From positions 3,264,001 to 3,328,000 of the forward strand of contig JBKAGP010000001.1 in the NCBI GenBank assembly GCA_046290465.1: a DNA stretch of 64,000 nucleotides, in the 5' to 3' direction. The position numbers and the translations under genes are program-made. The stretch is from Planctomycetota bacterium (lineage in GTDB: Bacteria; Planctomycetota; UBA1135; UBA2386). Positions 61,243 through 64,000 of this stretch are shown in pieces (position 1 is the first letter of the stretch; every line of letters starts with the position of its first letter). The notes under the pieces were generated by a model. The model saw only the letters and a list, made by a program, of their open reading frames with translations, made no database searches and was not told where the DNA came from.

Positions 61243-63015
61243 ATGCCGATCCGCAAGGCCGCCGTGCGCGTCCGTCGCGCGCTGCGAAGCATCGTCGAAC
61301 GATGCCTGGGACTTCGTCAGCTTCGTCAGGCCTACGAACGGATCGTCTCGCGCATGCGCGATCCCGACGACGTCGACGCCTTCCTCGACGAGGCCCTGCG
61401 CGAACTCGACCTCTACACCGACCTTCGCGACACCGACCTCGACCGGGTGCCCGATCAAGGGCCGCTGGTCGTCGTCGCCAACCACCCGCACGGCATCGTC
61501 GACGGGCTGCTGCTCGCTGCGCTGCTGCGCCGCCGGCGGCCGGACCTGCGCGTGCTCGGCAACCGCTGGCTCAACAAGATGCCCGAGCTGCGGGGCCTGG
61601 TGCTCGACGTCGACCCGATCGGCGGCCGCAGTGCCAGGAGTTCCAACACCGCCTCGATGCGCGCCGCCCACCGCTGGCTCGGCGACGGCGGCGCGCTGCT
61701 GGTGTTCCCGGCGGGCAAGATCTCGGCACGCCGCTGGGGTCGGCGAGGCATCCACGACGACCGCTGGTCGCCGCATACCGCGCGGCTCCAGCAGCACGCC
61801 CAGGCCGCGGTGCTGCCCGTGCACATCGGCGGCCACAACAGCTGGCTGTTCCAGCTCGCCGGCCTGATCCACCCGCGCCTGCGCACGCTGCGGATCGCGC
61901 GCGAGACCATGAAGAAGCGCGGCAGCACCGTAGCGATCCGCATCGGCAACGCGATCCCGCAAAAGCAGCTGCAGCGCTTCGACGAAGCGCGCGAACTGGT
62001 CGACTACCTGCGGCTTCGCACCGAGATCCTCGCGCGCCGTCACAACGAGGGGCCGACCGTGATCCGGCGCAGCAGCCGCGCGCCGGAGCCGATCGTCGCG
62101 GCACTGCCAGCAGACGAGGTGCAGCGCGACATCGACGGCTTGCCCACAGCGCAGCGCCTGGTGACCAGCGGCGACTACGAGGTCTGGTACGCGTGGGCGC
62201 CGCAGGCTCCGAGCGTGCTGCGCGAGATCGGCCGGCTGCGCGAGGAGACGTTCCGCAAGGTCGGCGAGGGAACCAACCGCAGCATCGACCTCGACCGCTT
62301 CGACGCCAACTACCTGCACCTGTTCGTCTGGCACCGCGAGCGGCGCTACCTGGTCGGCGCCTACCGACTCGGCCACGTCGACAAGATCCTGATCGGCCAC
62401 GACCAGCGCGCGTTCTACACCAACACGCTCTACGACTACGACCTGCGCTTCCTCGAACGGATGACGCCGGGGCTCGAGCTGGGGCGCTCGTTCGTCGTCG
62501 AGCGGCACCAGCGCGAGTTCCTGCCGCTGCTCCTGCTGTGGCGCGGCATCGCCGCCTACGTGCGGCAGAACCCGCGCTACAGCACGCTGTTCGGCGCGGT
62601 CAGCATCAGCGATCGGCACCACGACGTGTCCAAGCACCTGATGCTCGACCACCTGCAGAACTACATGGATCCGGAGCTGAGCGGCCTGGTGCAGCCCCGC
62701 CACCCGGTCCCCGCACCGAGCGCCGACGCGATGCCGCAGTGGACCAAGGCGATGGTCTCCGACCTCGGTGAGGTCAGCGCGATGGTCTCCGAGATCGAGA
62801 CCGAGCAGCGTGGCGTGCCGGTCCTGCTGCGCGAATACCTGAAGCTCGGCGGCCGCCTCGTCGGCCTCAACGTCGACCCGAGCTTCAACCACTCGATCAC
62901 CGCGCTCGTCGTCATCGACATGCGCAAGACCAACCCCCGCATCCTCGGCCGCTACATGGGCAAACCCGAAGCCGCCGCCTTCTTCGACTGGCACCAACAC
63001 CACCAACTCACCTGA
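61243..63015 (+). CDS. olsF: Bifunctional PlsC-type O-acyltransferase / GNAT N-acyltransferase (OlsF-like ornithine-lipid synthase)
   Basis: N-terminal VANHPHGIVDG, VFPAG; C-terminal EIGRLREETFR..GEG, DLDRFD, GAYR, ELGRSFV, LWRGI. Confidence 0.78.
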   Translation: MPIRKAAVRVRRALRSIVERCLGLRQLRQAYERIVSRMRDPDDVDAFLDEALRELDLYTDLRDTDLDRVPDQGPLVVVANHPHGIVDGLLLAALLRRRRPDLRVLGNRWLNKMPELRGLVLDVDPIGGRSARSSNTASMRAAHRWLGDGGALLVFPAGKISARRWGRRGIHDDRWSPHTARLQQHAQAAVLPVHIGGHNSWLFQLAGLIHPRLRTLRIARETMKKRGSTVAIRIGNAIPQKQLQRFDEARELVDYLRLRTEILARRHNEGPTVIRRSSRAPEPIVAALPADEVQRDIDGLPTAQRLVTSGDYEVWYAWAPQAPSVLREIGRLREETFRKVGEGTNRSIDLDRFDANYLHLFVWHRERRYLVGAYRLGHVDKILIGHDQRAFYTNTLYDYDLRFLERMTPGLELGRSFVVERHQREFLPLLLLWRGIAAYVRQNPRYSTLFGAVSISDRHHDVSKHLMLDHLQNYMDPELSGLVQPRHPVPAPSADAMPQWTKAMVSDLGEVSAMVSEIETEQRGVPVLLREYLKLGGRLVGLNVDPSFNHSITALVVIDMRKTNPRILGRYMGKPEAAAFFDWHQHHQLT

Positions 63016-63019
63016 CCAG

Positions 63020-63119
63020 CCCGATTCGCAAGCCCGATTCGCAAGTTCGGTTCCGGGACGAACCTCTCGGACCAACCACGCGCCGGCCCGTCCGTGAGGA
63101 CTGCTCCCGGAACCGGACT
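63020..63119. repeat. 2x13-bp tandem repeat plus 15-bp imperfect inverted repeat
   Basis: GCCCGATTCGCAA twice; AGTTCGGTTCCGGGA (63044) pairs with TCCCGGAACCGGACT (63105). Confidence 0.65.
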
Positions 63120-63173
63120 CACGAACCGGGGTAGTGGATTGTGCTGGGGGCGGGAGTGGGGAAGACTGCGGGC

Positions 63174-64000
63174 GTGCTGCTGACGGATGCGATCCTCCAT
63201 GGCCATGCCGAAGAGCTCGATGAGCTGCTGCTGCGCGACTACGGCCTGCGCGGGCGGCTCGGCCCGCTCCCGGGGGAAGTCGACGCCAACCTCGACCTGG
63301 TGACGGACGAGGCCACCTACCTCGTCAAGATTGCCGCGTCGACCGATCCCGGACCGCTGCAGCTGCAGATCGCCGCGCTCGAACACGTCGCCCGGACGGC
63401 CCCCGATCTGCCGATACCGCGAACGGTGCCGACACGCTCCGGGGCCGCGCTCTCGAGCATCCGGATCGACGGCGTCGAGCATCCGGTCTGGATCACCACC
63501 TGGCTCCCCGGCACCCCTCTGAGCCGACGGCCCGGGGTCGGCACGGACACGCTGGAGTCCCTCGGCCGCACCCTCGGCCGCCTCGACCGGGCGCTCGGCA
63601 CGTTCGACGATGCACGCGCACGTCGCGAACTCCGGTGGAACCTGCTGCAGTCGCACTGGATCGAAGCGCACCTCGAGGACGTCGAGGCGGGCTGGCTGCG
63701 CGACGTGGTCACCGCCGTGCACGATTGGTTCGTCGACCACCGCGACGCCCTGTCCGCCCTGCGGCAGGCCACGGTGCACAACGACGCCAACGACCACAAC
63801 ATCCTGGTCGCAGCCGAGGGATCGGCGTCGATCACCGGGTTGATCGACTTCGGCGACATGTGCCACACCGCGCTGGTCGGCGACCTCGCGATCGCCGCCA
63901 GCTACGCGGCCATGCTGGCACAGGACCCGTTCGCCGCCATCGACGCGGTGACCCGCGGCTTCCACGCCGAACTGCCGCTGCACGACGAAGAACTGGCGAT
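63174..64000 (+). CDS. Partial APH/hydroxylysine-kinase-like phosphotransferase (runs off the window)
   Basis: My translation gives LPGEVDAN, YLVKI, VHNDANDHNILV, GLIDFGD; absent from the ORF track because it has no stop. Confidence 0.85.
   Translation, partial: MLLTDAILHGHAEELDELLLRDYGLRGRLGPLPGEVDANLDLVTDEATYLVKIAASTDPGPLQLQIAALEHVARTAPDLPIPRTVPTRSGAALSSIRIDGVEHPVWITTWLPGTPLSRRPGVGTDTLESLGRTLGRLDRALGTFDDARARRELRWNLLQSHWIEAHLEDVEAGWLRDVVTAVHDWFVDHRDALSALRQATVHNDANDHNILVAAEGSASITGLIDFGDMCHTALVGDLAIAASYAAMLAQDPFAAIDAVTRGFHAELPLHDEELA

Overview
High-GC chromosomal window from a Planctomycetota bacterium. The 16S signatures and short 5S support the phylum; an OM190/UBA1135-like lineage is my inference. 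It holds about 57 CDS and one linked minus-strand 16S-23S-5S rRNA operon with no spacer tRNAs. I found no transposase, integrase, prophage or CRISPR array. Recognisable genes are trxB, a double-domain thyX, an RluD-like synthase, rpsU (unusually long), recD2, metF, queF, ino1, pdxH and an OlsF-like acyltransferase. There is also a NemR-like TetR plus RND efflux operon, a TetR/DCC-thioredoxin operon with two palindromic operators, and a cell-envelope region (GT9, ArnT, LAB_N, GT2, ADP-forming acyl-CoA ligase, DPPR-synthase-like UbiA, GT87, ino1, AsnB-like). The best candidates for undescribed biology are: (i) an inositol/polyprenyl-sugar glycolipid pathway built from actinobacteria-like parts; (ii) a REP-like repeat family sitting between convergent genes; (iii) a shared C-terminal module on secreted proteins; (iv) two recurring promoter motifs implying leaderless mRNAs; and (v) an S21 protein with a 70-aa tail. 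All functional calls come from motif recognition by eye; no database search was run.
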